The position numbers were made by a program, and so were the translations under genes. A DNA stretch of 63,016 nucleotides, filler included, from Octopus bimaculoides (Eukaryota): NCBI RefSeq assembly GCF_001194135.2. It is 6 parts of 6 records of this genome, joined end to end, with 100 filler letters (N's around TTAATTAATTAA, not from the genome) between each part and the next. Parts side by side here need not be neighbours in the genome. Positions count along the whole stretch, not along the records: positions 19,104 to 45,170 come from NC_068982.1; 5 more parts are not named here. The stretch is one strand, 5' to 3'. Shown here piece after piece: positions 23,139 to 37,235 of this stretch. Each line of letters begins with the position of its first letter. The first letter of the stretch is position 1. The notes under the pieces are model-generated. The model searched no databases, was not told the DNA's origin, and saw only the letters and a program-made list of their open reading frames with translations.

Positions 23139-25597
23139 GGATATATCAGTAATAAGTCGCCAAAAAAACTTGTGCACTCAGTGGCGAAACTCTAAGTAAC
23201 ATGAGACTCAACCAAAATAAGAATTATTCTTAATCCTTGCTTAGGTATTTAGTACTCTTTCTTCCGACAGTTAACGAGCTCTACTTGACCACAATGTCAC
23301 TGTTGGTCCAAAATAGCCCAATTTGTGCCGCAGTGACTCTGTATGCTCACAATAACCCTATACGGCCACAATGGCTCTGTTCTTGCCGCAATAACCCTAC
23401 TTCCAAATATATCACCGCTACTTAAGTATGAACTAGCACCGCCACTGTTGTCACCACCACCAGTACCACCACCACCACCACCACCACCACCATTACTACT
23501 ACTACTACTACTACCATTACCATCATCACCACCACAACCACAACCATCACCACAATTTCCACCTCCCACCACTGCTCCCACATTCCGCTGTGATTCCATA
23601 CAGAATGAATCACGTATGTTTATTGCCAAAATATAATCGATAAAATAAACAGAAGCCAGGAGAGGAAATACAGTATANNNNNNNNNNNNNNNNNNNNNNN
23701 NNNNNNNNNNNNNNNNNNNNNNNNNNNNNNNNNNNNNNNNNNNNNNNNNNNNNNNNNNNNNNNNNNNNNNNNNNNNNNNNNNNNNNNNNNNNNNNNNNNN
23801 NNNNNNNNNNNNNNNNNNNNNNNNNNNNNNNNNNNNNNNNNNNNNNNNNNNNNNNNNNNNNNNNNNNNNNNNNNNNNNNNNNNNNNNNNNNNNNNNNNNN
23901 NNNNNNNNNNNNNNNNNNNNNNNNNNNNNNNNNNNNNNNNNNNNNNNNNNNNNNNNNNNNNNNNNNNNNNNNNNNNNNNNNNNNNNNNNNNNNNNNNNNN
24001 NNNNNNNNNNNNNNNNNNNNNNNNNNNNNNNNNNNNNNNNNNNNNNNNNNNNNNNNNNNNNNNNNNNNNNNNNNNNNNNNNNNNNNNNNNNNNNNNNNNN
24101 NNNNNNNNNNNNNNNNNNNNNNNNNNNNNNNNNNNNNNNNNNNNNNNNNNNNNNNNNNNNNNNNNNNNNNNNNNNNNNNNNNNNNNNNNNNNNNNNNNNN
24201 NNNNNNNNNNNNNNNNNNNNNNNNNNNNNNNNNNNNNNNNNNNNNNNNNNNNNNNNNNNNNNNNNNNNNNNNNNNNNNNNNNNNNNNNNNNNNNNNNNNN
24301 NNNNNNNNNNNNNNNNNNNNNNNNNTCTAGTACTACATTATCTAGTGTAACCTTCCCAGATTAAACTGGCAACGTCTAATTTTGGCTACTATTTCTAGCA
24401 CGAAGACGCTTCCCTCATTGTATTATATAGCTACAGTAGTAGCGGCAATATTGTTGTTGTTGTTGTTGTTGTTGTTGTTAGTGGTGGTGGTGGTGGTGGT
24501 GGTGGTGGTGTGGATGATGCCACAATTCAGCTGGTGTTATGAATATGCCCTAATCACTCAGTAATCAATGGAGCGTGAAGTGAAGCCAGTTTAAAGATGG
24601 CAGCCGCCACCACTATAGCGTTGTCTGTCTGCCTGTCTGTCTGTCACGCCCATTGATTTCCATACAAGACACTAGCATTTTTTTGTTCCCCTATATTTGG
24701 CATTGTGCTATTCCTGCCTTCATATTTGATGCCACTTTTGCTGCTGCTGCTGTTATCATTGTTTATTGTTGTTTTTAGTATTGTTATTGTTGTTGTTAAA
24801 CAGTTCCTGTCTATTCTTGGTGTTGTTGTTGTTGTAAATATTGTCATTATGTCTCACCCCCCCCCCCTTGCACAGTTGTTGTTGCTGTTGTTGTTGTTAT
24901 AGTGGTGGTGGTTGTGGTGGTGTTGGCGGTGGATGTGGTTGTTGTTGTTGTTATCTGTCCTCTTCACACTTGGTGTTGTTGTTGTCATTGTTGTTGTTGT
25001 TGTTGATGTTGTCGTCGTTGTTGCTGTTGATGTTGTCATTGCTGATGTTGCTGCTGCTGCTGCTGCTGCTTTTGTAAAGGAAGAAATGTGGAATATTGCG
25101 ACAACAGAGNNNNNNNNNNNNNNNNNNNNNNNNNNNNNNNNNNNNNNNNNNNNNNNNNNNNNNNNNNNNNNNNNNNNNNNNNNNNNNNNNNNNNNNNNNN
25201 NNNNNNNNNNNNNNNNNNNNNNNNNNNNNNNNNNNNNNNNNNNNNNNNNNNNNNNNNNNNNNNNNNNNNNNNNNNNNNNNNNNNNNNNNNNNNNNNNNNN
25301 NNNNNNNNNNNNNNNNNNNNNNNNNNNNNNNNNNNNNNNNNNNNNNNNNNNNNNNNNNNNNNNNNNNNNNNNNNNNNNNNNNNNNNNNNNNNNNNNNNNN
25401 NNNNNNNNNNNNNNNNNNNNNNNNNNNNNNNNNNNNNNNNNNNNNNNNNNNNNNNNNNNNNNNNNNNNNNNNGTGGTGGTGGTGGTGGTGGTGGTGGCGT
25501 TGTTGTTGATGTTGGTGGTAGTGGCGTACTTCATACCTGAATCACAATCATCAGTTTTATTACACTCACTACAATAATGATGATGATGATGATGATG

Positions 25598-25658
<61 letters not shown>

Positions 25659-25669
25659 TGATGATGATT

Positions 25670-25858
25670 TCAAATTTTGGCACAAGGTCAGCAATTTCGG
25701 GGGAGAGAATAAGTCGATTACATCGACCCCGGTTCTGAACTGGTACTTATTTTATCGACCCTGAAGGGATGAAAGGTAAAGTCGACCTCGGCGGAATTTG
25801 AACTCAGAACGTGGAAACGGACGAAATGATGCTAACGATTGTGCCAGCTCGCCACCTT
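25670..25858 (-). mobile_element. tRNA-derived SINE, family A, next to a (GAT)(AAT)n run
   Basis: AAAGTCGACCTCGGCGGAATTTGAACTCAGAACG. Confidence 0.85.
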
Positions 25859-26451
25859 GGGTACAATGTAAGATATTACTAGGAAGGGCTTAACTGAGTA
25901 AACAGTCTCCATTATTTGACTGGTACTTATTTTATCGATTTGGAAAGGAAAGAAGACAAAGCCCACAGCAGGATTTGAACTCCAAGTAAGACGTGACACA
26001 AAATAGTGTTTTTCGCTACCATTTCTCCACCCTCTACTGCTTTATGCTATCCTGAAATCCGCCTACAAATTAACAGCTAACAATTACCAAATGTACGAAG
26101 TACATTAAAATAAAAGACCAGAACAACTTTAATTGAAGAGGAAAATATTAAAGAAATTCTAAGGCAAAATGATATAAACACAACCTACTCTGCAACGGTA
26201 TGAAACATTACAACAGTAGAATTGAATATAAAGGCAACACAACTAACACCTTGAATGAACAGAACATGAAAACAGACCACATCAGTACTGAAAATGCAGG
26301 CAACACAACAAACACTTTAAGAGAGCACAACGCAAGCATAGACTCTAGAAGAACTGAATATACTGGTAGTACAACACAATAACCTCTGAAACACACTAGA
26401 GATTAAGTAACATCAATCAAGGAACAGGCTACTTCAAACCTAGAATAATCA

Positions 26452-26499
<48 letters not shown>

Positions 26500-26525
<26 letters not shown>

Positions 26526-29500
26526 TACTAATAATAAGAGAGAATCATTAGTACCAACACAAATGAATGTAGGGACTTAGAAAATACCTAAGATGAAATG
26601 AAGCAAGTGCTTAAATAGATATAATTCGCAGAAATTATAAAGAAACACCATAGTATACAAGTTTATAAAAATACAGAGCCCAATCAAAAACGTTAAAAGT
26701 GCGTAAAAAGTATTTTAAGGGAAATAAATGACATAAATAATACTGTCCTGAACCAAATAATATACGCCATAGCGTGTGAAGTAACCAGGGTACTAGAAGT
26801 CGAAATAGGAGAGGACAGTGGGAAACCTAAAATTTATTGTCTGAAAACATGATTCAACAGGAGTTATACTTTAAGAGAAAATAAATAGTTATAATAGACA
26901 AAATCCAAAGGAGACACAAAAATGTCGTCCCCCAAAACAAGATAAGTTACACAGAAAACTTAAAGTTCAAGACGGACATGGTTTTAAAATCTAAGGAAGA
27001 AAAAAATCGAAAAAAAAAAGATTTGAAGGACGAATCAAACAATTCAAACAAATTAATCCATTTATTTCGAGAAGATAAACTATTTACAGCAAATAAAATA
27101 GCAAACAAAACAGGCAAAAAATCTGCAAAGTAAAAATATAGAAAAATTTGGAATTAAAATATGTGTAAAGTCCCGTAAAAAATTGACCTAACCGATAGAA
27201 CAAAAAGAAATTGAATGGCGTGGCACCACAAGACTGGAGAAACATCACAATGGAAAATATAATGGACAAATTGAAGTCATGATAGGAAAAGGTGACTGGA
27301 AATCACCAACAATCGGCAATTTTTTTTTCTTTAAGTCAAAGACGTGTTACACTAAATAAGATCAAATGATTGAGTAAATAATGTGATCAGCACCTGTTGC
27401 AAGAAAAAAAAGAAAGCAAACAGAGACGTATCTACTCATAAACTACAAGTCAATTACATGTCTTTATGTTTTCTACCAGATGTTAACATCAACACCTTAA
27501 CAACAGAAATAATCTTCTATGTGGAGAAAAGGTTAGATTATGGGGTTGATATGCTTGATTGTAAAGGCCAGTTTTTGATTAATATGTAGGTATTAAATGA
27601 CTGTGGGCAGAGAGTGATCTACATACAGCTTGGCTAGACTCCATTGAAAAATATATATCAGAGCGTTATATTCATGGATCACTGAGTTAAAGAGATGCAA
27701 AATAAATCATCAGTAGCTATATGGTTCGCGAAAAAGCGTGTCAGAATGGAAAAATAAATAAGATACTAAATTGCGAAGGTGTCCTGCAATTTGACATTAC
27801 TTATATCAAAATGATCGTATTGCAAGAATATTTACTTCTACTACTTTTATTTCTTGTATGGCCGTTGTCCTGTTAACTACCACTCTATACTGTATAGGGT
27901 GTGGCAACAAGTTTGGAGTGACAACAATCAGTAAATTTTGTTCTGTATGGGTAATACTGAGTTATGCAAGTCTGAGATAGTTTGAAAATATTTTCTAAGC
28001 TGTGGAACTTTGTACTTTTTACATAAGTGTGACGTTTGAGCTTTATAAATAAATCAAAAAGTGAATTTCGACGAAGCCGATGAACAGTGGCATTGAAATC
28101 AGCCTGATATTAATGGAACTGAGAACAGATCAACGAAGGTGAACAGATTCTACACGCAAGAAAGAAAAAAAATTAATTCGAAAGGGATACCTGACGGGCT
28201 ATGATGATCCTAAACTGCGAATTCAATTAAAACATTAAGATGGAAAATAATTAACAGCCCAACAGTCACGAGAGCAAACTATAATTTCAGTATGGTAAAT
28301 TGGATTATGCAAGAGATAAACAAAAATACTAGACACGGAAACACGAAAACCGCTGACAAAATTTATCACAGAAAAGCTGACATACATCGCATGTATGTCA
28401 GCTTGGCAAAATGAAAGAAGAGGACTTGCAGAACTTGAGACGGTCTATAATGCTAATACAATTGAACCAGACACTAAGCTCCGAAAAAGGCAAGACACCA
28501 CAATAAAAAAATAAGCTAAATAGATATTACTATAAGGACTAAAGAAACTCAAGAATAAAATAGCAACGGTAATAAAACAGCGATCTCAGATTTAATGAAA
28601 ACAGACACGGACATCAATACCAGAACGATAAACTAAAGTAATATATACAGCAGCCTCTGTAGTCTCAAAGGAAATTGGGTTCTCACTCAGATCTATTCGT
28701 AAAGGAATATCACTCGCTTCCCACAAACAATATAGAAAACAAACATACGGATAAAAAAACATATAAGAGAAATGGTCTCTCAATCTTTAATGAAATCAAT
28801 AACGAAACGGCACAACTGAGAATAGGAGACAACAAATACAATGGAAATATAACAGAAATAAAGTACCCGAAATACGGAACGTCTGATCTAGAGACTCTCA
28901 TTAAATCACAACGGATCCGTCAGTAGAAAAAGCGACAATGATTCTTTGAATAAATATATAAAAAGAAAACAGTTCGGCTCCAACCAAAAATGATTTTATT
29001 AGGGACAAGGTAACAATAAAAAAGAAAGAGATGCAGCATCAAGGGCAAAAGAAGAAGAAGAAAAGTTCGAGGATGGGATAATCTGGGTAGCAAATGGATT
29101 GTTTCAGACGAGAATGTCGTAACGAGAGCAGCATCCAAACAAGAAATATCTCCGATGCTACGAAAACAGAAAACAAACGTGCAACTAAAAAAACACCACA
29201 TAATGAACAAATAGAAACACATCCACAGACTGTTCATGAGTTTACTATATGACTTGATATGAGATTTGAATTATAAAAAATATGGCTAGCAACTTTGAAG
29301 AGAGGAAAACTGATTAACAATTGCACTATCGTGCTAAATAAAGAAACAGAAATAGACCAACACTGATTAAGAAATGTTTAGAAATTAATGAACGAGGCAG
29401 AATATAACACATACAAATTAAAGAAGAGATTCAGAAGATACGTATAACAGATGTATTAGAATAAATAAGAAATAATCTAATGAATTAGACATCGATATTC

Positions 29501-29950
29501 TAGCTGTCTCAATAATAAGGTGAAGTTATATTTTCAACTAGCTGCTAAATAAATTATTAATGCTAATCAGAAAACAGAAAGAAAATTTATCACAGCGCTT
29601 AGAATACACCAACCAAAATCTGACTCAAAAACTATATTTATCACAAATACAGGCAAATAGAAAACTATTATCAAATATCCACTGAAAAACTACAAAATTA
29701 TCTAATAAAGAATAGTGGAAAATTAATACAAATAACTACAAAATACCGGCAAACAAACGAAAAAATGTTCTCTGTCAGCAGGAAAGTCAACAAATATAAA
29801 AGAGAGGCTGGAATAAACGATAGTTGCGAGGAGAAAAAGAAAGACTAACAGAAATTGTTGTGGGGAAAAATGAGACAATAGAATGCCATGGTTAAATAAT
29901 AGCATAAAAAGTCCATACAGGACCAAAACATGTAAATACTGCATAGAGGA
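26500..29950 (+). mobile_element. Heavily decayed RLE-LINE (R4/Dong-like) N-terminal and RT fragments, apparently more than one copy
   Basis: Recognisable patches across frames: IYAIACEVTRVL (~26760), NYKSITCL (~27440), ..TAWLD.. (~27625), IYTAASVVSKEIG (~28640, N-terminal type again). Preceded by a long (AAT)n run at 26455-26525. Confidence 0.55.
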
Positions 29951-29984
29951 GAAAAGATATAGAACAATCGCAACTCTAGCTGAC

Positions 29985-30570
29985 AAAAGCAGAACCCAAA
30001 GCTAAAACTGAACAATTCTTGACTGCGGCAAAAATAAAATCTTCTTGTCAGAAACCGCAAAAGCATGTGATGAAATTGGATGCCGTAACTGCAGAATATG
30101 GGGTGACCAGGAAGAAACAATTTCCTACTTTGGTCTCTGACTGTTCAATCTTAACCAGGAGAGTATACATTGAGAAGCATGACAGAGCTGAGGCCTTCCT
30201 AGTCTGGAGAGTATATTAGTATTACGGAACACCAACGAAATGGAGTTTGTATAAATATAAGGCATGAAGAGTTTCAGTGAATGAGAAAATGGTCATATTT
30301 TTGGATAAAGCAGATCACACACGTGGGGATATCAATGCTAAGCGACTGGATATATTTGCCATCAAGAAATATCAGGATATTCTCAATGATTACCAGGAAA
30401 TTTATAAAAGAAATTACTTAATTATCCGAATACAAAGATTTGGGAATAAAGATTAACAGAATGTGGGATTTGAAAGTAGACACAATCTTAATAATAATAG
30501 ACGCCTTTGGAATGATTGAAACAAACGCAGATAACTACATAACCAACCATACAGAGAATACAGAAAATGG
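29985..30570 (+). mobile_element. RLE-LINE C-terminus (zinc-knuckle remnant, RHD-like motif, endonuclease)
   Basis: ORF 30019..30219 reads LVSDCSILTRRVYIEKHDR. Then ENGHIFLDKADHTRGDINAKRLDI, then IKINRMWDLKVDTILIIIDAFGMIE (ORF 30440..30724). Confidence 0.8.
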
Positions 30571-30631
30571 TGTTAGTAATGTTATTTGCTATGTGTACGC
30601 ATATTATGTATATTGCTGGCAATATCATGGA

Positions 30632-30707
<76 letters not shown>

Positions 30708-30779
30708 AAACACTGAAGTGCTGAGAAAGTATGAGCGTGCAATAAAAATAAGCTACTGGAAAAAATAATATGGAAGCAC

Positions 30780-31697
30780 AACAACTAATAAAGGAAAATG
30801 ATTAAAGAACCAATAATGGAAAATCTTGAAAGAACTAATTAAGAAAAAGGATGAATTGGCCATTGAAGAATTAGAAATATCGACGAGAATTTAGAGAGAG
30901 AAGGCCCTGCTTAAAACAAGGATGTTTCTGCGTTGACAGAAGGAAGTTGAATGTATTCAGTAACAAAGTGAATAGATTTTCTCGAATACTTTAGATCTGA
31001 TATAATATCACAGAGAACAACAAGCTACAAAGTGTTGCTAGAATTTATAGAGCAGAGAAATTAGGAATTGAAAGAGAAGAAACAACAATAGAAAATGAGC
31101 ACTGCTGGAAACAACGGATAAAACATAACATTAAAAGACAGTGTAGGCAGATTAGTGAGTGGGAAAGAAGAAGTAATGGAGGGACGGTTGGATGGATGGA
31201 TACACTACGGTGTTCGATCTTTTCAAAACAATGTAAAGGAAAAACAAAGGATTTCCTACAGTAATAGAGGGACTTAAAAAGGAAACTTATGGCCAAAACA
31301 ACCAAAATTAAATTTCATAAAAGGGTTCAATACATATAGAATTGTATGTTCCCGACAGAACAAAAGTGGTTTTATTATGGAATAAACGGTAACCAATCAG
31401 ACCTTGTGAGAGGGGAATAACTGGTAATGATACATAAGAGTAAGATACTCAACTGGAAATGTCCTGTATTGATGAATTGCAAGGGTAATTAGTTAAAAAC
31501 TTACTTCCTTTCATAAGAGAATAGAAAACAACTAAACGATATCCTATGTAGCAGAGAACCATTACCAGAATGGATAATACAAGATAGGATTGTTCTGTGC
31601 TTGAACGGTTACATAACAAAGGTAATAGAGCTGACAATTTTGGACCAATAAAGTGTCTGTCAATAATGTGAAAGCGTTTGGCCGTGTAGTATAGTTA

Positions 31698-31744
<47 letters not shown>

Positions 31745-31768
31745 CACAAATACATATATATATACATA

Positions 31769-31826
<58 letters not shown>

Positions 31827-31843
31827 CACACATATATATACAC

Positions 31844-31898
<55 letters not shown>

Positions 31899-31965
31899 CA
31901 TATATATATACATATACATATATATACATATATATACATACACACATACATACACACACAAACAT

Positions 31966-31998
<33 letters not shown>

Positions 31999-32640
31999 CA
32001 CACATATATATATATACATATATATCTGTTTAGATTTCCAGGAAATATATTACTACTAGAGCAGAGCAGAAAGGATACCGAATGAAGAATGGAAGTACAA
32101 AAGACCAATTACTGATAGATACATTAATACTACAAGACTACAAGATTACAGGAAGTGACATACACAATTCACATAGGCTTGGATCGATTATGAGTGGAAA
32201 AAAAAAGGCCTATAGCATGAGGCTTTATCATTGGACAGTAGAATACTCAGGAATGGTAGTTATCACAGAAAATATAAGAAGGTTGATTTAAAAGAGTATG
32301 CGTAAATGGAACCCCAAATTAATCTATTCTGGTCAAGAGGTAGGAATTATTAAGATCAATAAAGGAATCTTTCATGGTGATAACTTGTCCCACTTGCTTT
32401 TTGAAATATCTTGGATTCCTTTAACACTGCTCCTAAGAAAATGGTAAGGGATGAGTAAAATATTAAAGGAGGTAATTATCCTTTTCTATATGTGAATGGT
32501 TAGAAATTGTTCGCCAAGCTACAACGATCATGGCAGAATCTTTAGTACAAAGAATCCGTGGATTATTGAAGATATTTGGCGGGTGACGGGGGGTGATTTG
32601 GGATTTAAAAGTGTGGAGTTTTAATAGTGGAAAGAAGAAA
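30780..32640 (+). mobile_element. RLE-LINE N-terminal region plus RT domains (decayed, split by a (CA)/(TA) microsatellite)
   Basis: EHCWKQRI (~31100), KILNWKCP (~31445), PEWI...DNFGPIKCL (~31570-31660), [19 protein letters not shown] (~32065-32125), KINKGIFHGDNLS.LLF (~32355-32400). Confidence 0.82.
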
Positions 32641-32788
32641 TATATTGCATAGTAATATGATACAATAAACCCAAATGCATGTAGAACCTCACATAAATCT
32701 ACGTGCAGACTTACACATTGAGGCATACAGTAGCAGACCAACAGACAGATTTATACTAAATATATATATATATGTGTGTATAGGGAGA

Positions 32789-32830
<42 letters not shown>

Positions 32831-32877
32831 GACAGACAAAGAGACAGGCTTGCAGATAGCTAGCTAGAAATATAGAC

Positions 32878-32945
<68 letters not shown>

Positions 32946-33070
32946 GGATAGATAGATAGATAGATAGATAGATATACTTTTACAATCATAAGTATAAATA
33001 CATATATACACATACAAAAATATGTAAATATATGCATGCATACACATATATACACACTACATAGATAAAT

Positions 33071-33191
<121 letters not shown>

Positions 33192-33475
33192 CACACACAC
33201 ACACATAGATAGACATGAACCTACAGATAGAGCCTATGTATAGACCTATAGTGACAACTGCAAACAGACCTTCATATAGATATATACTGTACATATAGAC
33301 TCATGCGTAGAGATGTACAGTCGTACACATACCTGACGTTGCACTTGGACTTACACGTAGACCTATATATCAATATACATAAGCGTACACACATAAACGT
33401 ACATATAGACTTGTACAAAGACCCCAAACTTAGCCATACATACAGACTTACATTCACACGCACACATGCACAGAA

Positions 33476-33635
33476 AGAGAGAGAGAGAGAAGGAGGGAGA
33501 GAAAGAGAGAAGGAGGGAGAGAGAGAGAAGGAGGGAGAGAGAGAGAGAAGGAGGGAGAGAGAGAGAGAAGGAGAGAGAGAGAGAAGGAGAGAGAGAGAAG
33601 GAGAGAGAGAGAAGGAGAGAGAGAGAAGGAGAGAG
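33476..33635. repeat. (GA)-rich compound minisatellite GAGAGAGAGAAGGAGG
   Basis: Direct reading; runs into a gap. Confidence 0.9.
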
Positions 33636-34803
33636 NNNNNNNNNNNNNNNNNNNNNNNNNNNNNNNNNNNNNNNNNNNNNNNNNNNNNNNNNNNNNNNNN
33701 NNNNNNNNNNNNNNNNNNNNNNNNNNNNNNNNNNNNNNNNNNNNNNNNNNNNNNNNNNNNNNNNNNNNNNNNNNNNNNNNNNNNNNNNNNNNNNNNNNNN
33801 NNNNNNNNNNNNNNNNNNNNNNNNNNNNNNNNNNNNNNNNNNNNNNNNNNNNNNNNNNNNNNNNNNNNNNNNNNNNNNNNNNNNNNNNNNNNNNNNNNNN
33901 NNNNNNNNNNNNNNNNNNNNNNNNNNNNNNNNNNNNNNNNNNNNNNNNNNNNNNNNNNNNNNNNNNNNNNNNNNNNNNNNNNNNNNNNNNNNNNNNNNNN
34001 NNNNNNNNNNNNNNNNNNNNNNNNNNNNNNNNNNNNNNNNNNNNNNNNNNNNNNNNNNNNNNNNNNNNNNNNNNNNNNNNNNNNNNNNNNNNNNNNNNNN
34101 NNNNNNNNNNNNNNNNNNNTATATATATATATATGCACACACACACACACACACGCACACACACAAAGAGAGAAAGAGAGAGAAAGAAAGAGATTTTGTT
34201 TACAAACGAAGAAAAGAATATTAAAAAGAAAAATTATAGTTTATATATTTTATTTAGAGCTGAAAGTTCTTGAATAGCAGTACTGAGTTTCACGTAGTTG
34301 ATTATTAAAACCATTGTAGAAGAGAAGCAGTGTGACAATATATAAGCAAAAATGTTTCTAAACATAACGAAATTTGCTTGGTTGCAAAAAATAAAGCGTT
34401 GAGAAATGCGTTAAGCATTCATCTATTACAATTGTTATAAATGAATGTGCGATGCATTTTTCTGTTGTTTATTGTATTGTGTGCGGAACAGCCAATCAAT
34501 GTTGATATGGTGCTTACGAATATTTTTGCTTAGATATTGTCACTTGCTGCCGTCTATCTGAGTTAGCAGGAAAAGCAGTGTCTATGCTTCATTACACCTC
34601 CGATGATGGTGGAAGGATAGGAGGAAGTTATTCTCAAGCCACACACCTGGTAAGAATACTTGTAACAGAGTGAACACCGAAAAAGTTCACCTAAAATAAT
34701 TTTAATCCGAGAAGCGGATTAAGCCTACTACCCAAGTAGGCCATCAGAGGATTTGAACTCAGAACTTGAACAAATACGATTTGAACCCAAGAACTTGAAC
34801 AAA

Positions 34804-36093
34804 TACAAGGGTAGGTTGAAAAGTTCATAGGCTGACTATGAAAGAATGATTCTAGGGCTTTGAAATCTTGCATGCATTAATTTCAGCTCATCTTATTAAT
34901 AACTACATTGTTTCTTTCCATGTAAACTGACATCTGATTGTTCAAAGACGACTTCAAAAATAACTAGTAGTGACTTCTCTTGAAAATGGACAAAATTTGG
35001 CATCGTCGTGCTGTCGAGTGCCTACAGAAAAAGGGTTTAGTCCCCAAGGATATTAAGGTTGACATGGTTGCTATATTAGGGGATGATGCTTCAGCTTTAT
35101 CAACAGTGCAAAAGTGGGCAGCTGAATTTAGGAGGGGAACCTTGAAGGTGACCCAATGTCTAAACGTCCTGCAACTGGCACCATTGAAGAAAAAACTGAT
35201 CGTGTTCATCACATGATGGATGACAGGCGATTGACTATAAATCAAATAGCCAATGCTCTTAGTACATACCGTAAGCGAGTTGAGAATATTCTGCAGAATG
35301 AACTCGGCACAACGAAGGTTTCTGCTCGGTGGGTGCCACGTCTTCTGACACCTGATCAAAAACTTACCAGTCTGATCACATAACAGGAAAATCTGACATT
35401 CTTTGAGGCAAAACCAGCTAGTTTCCTTGAACATTTCCTAACCCAGGGTGAGTGTTAGCTTCACCGCTTTGAGCCAGAGACAAAGAGACAATCCATGCAG
35501 TGGAAACACCCTTCCTCACCTGCTCCAAAGAAGACCAAGGTCGTTTTATCTGCAGGGAAGGTGATGGCCTCAGTATTTTGTGTTGCAAAAGGCGTGTTTA
35601 TTGACTATCTTTCTGGGGATACAAAAGGCATTGTGTTTATTGACCATCAATGGAAAGTACTATGCCAACTTTCTGAGGCAGTTACGAAAGGTTATCAAGA
35701 CCAAATTCCCAGGAAAACTGAAGAAAGGAATTTTGTTTCATCAAAACAAGTCCTCGGTTTCAATGGCTGCTCTGTGTGACTGTGACTTTGAACTGGTTGA
35801 TCAACCTCCCTATTCTCCCGATTTGGCCCCATTTGGCTATCATCTGTTCCCCGACATGAAAAAACACTTGGCCGGGAAGCAGTACTACAGTGATGATGAC
35901 TTCATATCTGTTGTTGGTAAATATTTTGACCAACAGGATGAAAACTTTTTTCACCAATGGAATACAAGCACTGCAATATCGATGGAAGAAATGTGTGGAC
36001 CGTAAAGAGGACTATGTTGAAAATAAACCTGATTTGATCACATTTCATAAGAGTATCTCGGTCAACCTATGAACTTCACAGCCGATCCTCGTA
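34804..36093 (+). mobile_element. Full-length (~1.29 kb) mariner with TA flanks and TIRs; transposase disrupted
   Basis: Left TA-CAAGGGTAGGTTGAAAAGTTCATAGGCTGAC; right end in reverse complement TA-CGAGGATCGGCTGTGAAGTTCATAGGTTGAC. ORF pieces: MKMDKIWHR...STVQKWAAEFRRG, KVSARWVPRLLTPDQK, QWKHPSSPAPKK, QPPYSPDLAPFGYHLFPDMKKHLAGK. Himar1/irritans-like by inference. Confidence 0.95.
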
Positions 36094-36524
36094 CTGCAAG
36101 GCATTCGGTCCAGCGTTTTTACAGTTTAACAAATCCATCATCCTAGACTTGTACGTTTTTATCGACATACCACGAGGCATTCTTTGTGATGCCCAAATGG
36201 CTCAGTTGATTTGCTGCGTACTTTTAGTGTTGTCCTACATGCACCTATCGATTATGTCATCACCTCTTGTGTTTCTTATATTGCTAGTATTTCTTTTCGT
36301 TGATCATTTTAACGTGAATTTTGTTCTTGCGTGCCGGGTTCGTAATCTTATCCTAATTCCCTATATTTGTCATGCTGTCATCATAAACTAATACTTCACA
36401 GTTGATGTCATAATGATACTTTCCATATAATTTGTTTGCTGTTTGTATTTCTATTCTAATGTCTCGAAGCTTCCAATTATTCAACTTAAATTACTTTGTT
36501 TGTTGAAACTAGTCAACATAAGCA

Positions 36525-37235
36525 ATGTCAACCGACAAAGGAGTATTTAATAGATCAGCGCCGTAATGGTCTAATGTCGAGTATGTATTCTAAAAATTAG
36601 AATACATTCCCCAAATCAAACAAACAAACAAACAAACAAACAAACCATAAACCAATCAGGATCAACTGAAGAAAAATCATTTGTTTCAATCCACTCTTAG
36701 CGATAAATATAAAAAAGACTTTCTGACAATAATCACCAACCATTTTTGACTGACAACAGAGAAGGAACAACACCAGAGTTAGTTACAACTGTAGAAGGAC
36801 TGGAAAGAAAATTGTTATTCAAAATATAAAGAACATAGCCGAAAAAGATACATGTTACTCCAACAAAGGAAAGCTATTGCTCGTGAAGTGAAAATTGTTG
36901 ATAAAGAAGTAATCTACAGGGCAACAACAGTACAATAAAGATAAACCAATAGAGACTACGTCGGAATAACAACTGCAAGATTTAAATATATATGCCAACA
37001 TCACATACACTCTTTCCATAATGTTTATAAGGAGCACGTAGTGGATTTATCGAAAAAAACATTTGAGACTTAAGGAAGGATAATTATCAATATAAAGTGG
37101 ACAATAACAGGCACTTCCATAAAAGGATTCAGACATTGTGTGTGCTGGAGTAAAACTAAATAAATATTTATGATAATGTGCTTTTTCAATAAACAAAATT
37201 AGGTAACATAACGTTGCAGACACCAGTCCGAACTC
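36525..37235 (+). mobile_element. Penelope-like element remnant: post-RT linker plus GIY-YIG endonuclease
   Basis: My translation: MSTDKGVFNRSAP*...KLEYIP; RKIICFNP...DFLTIITNHF; EVIYRAT....YVGITTARFKYICQHHIHSF (GIY-YIG hairpin); NIKWTI...; NKQN*VT*RCRHQ (terminal CRH). Not in the ORF track. Confidence 0.75.
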
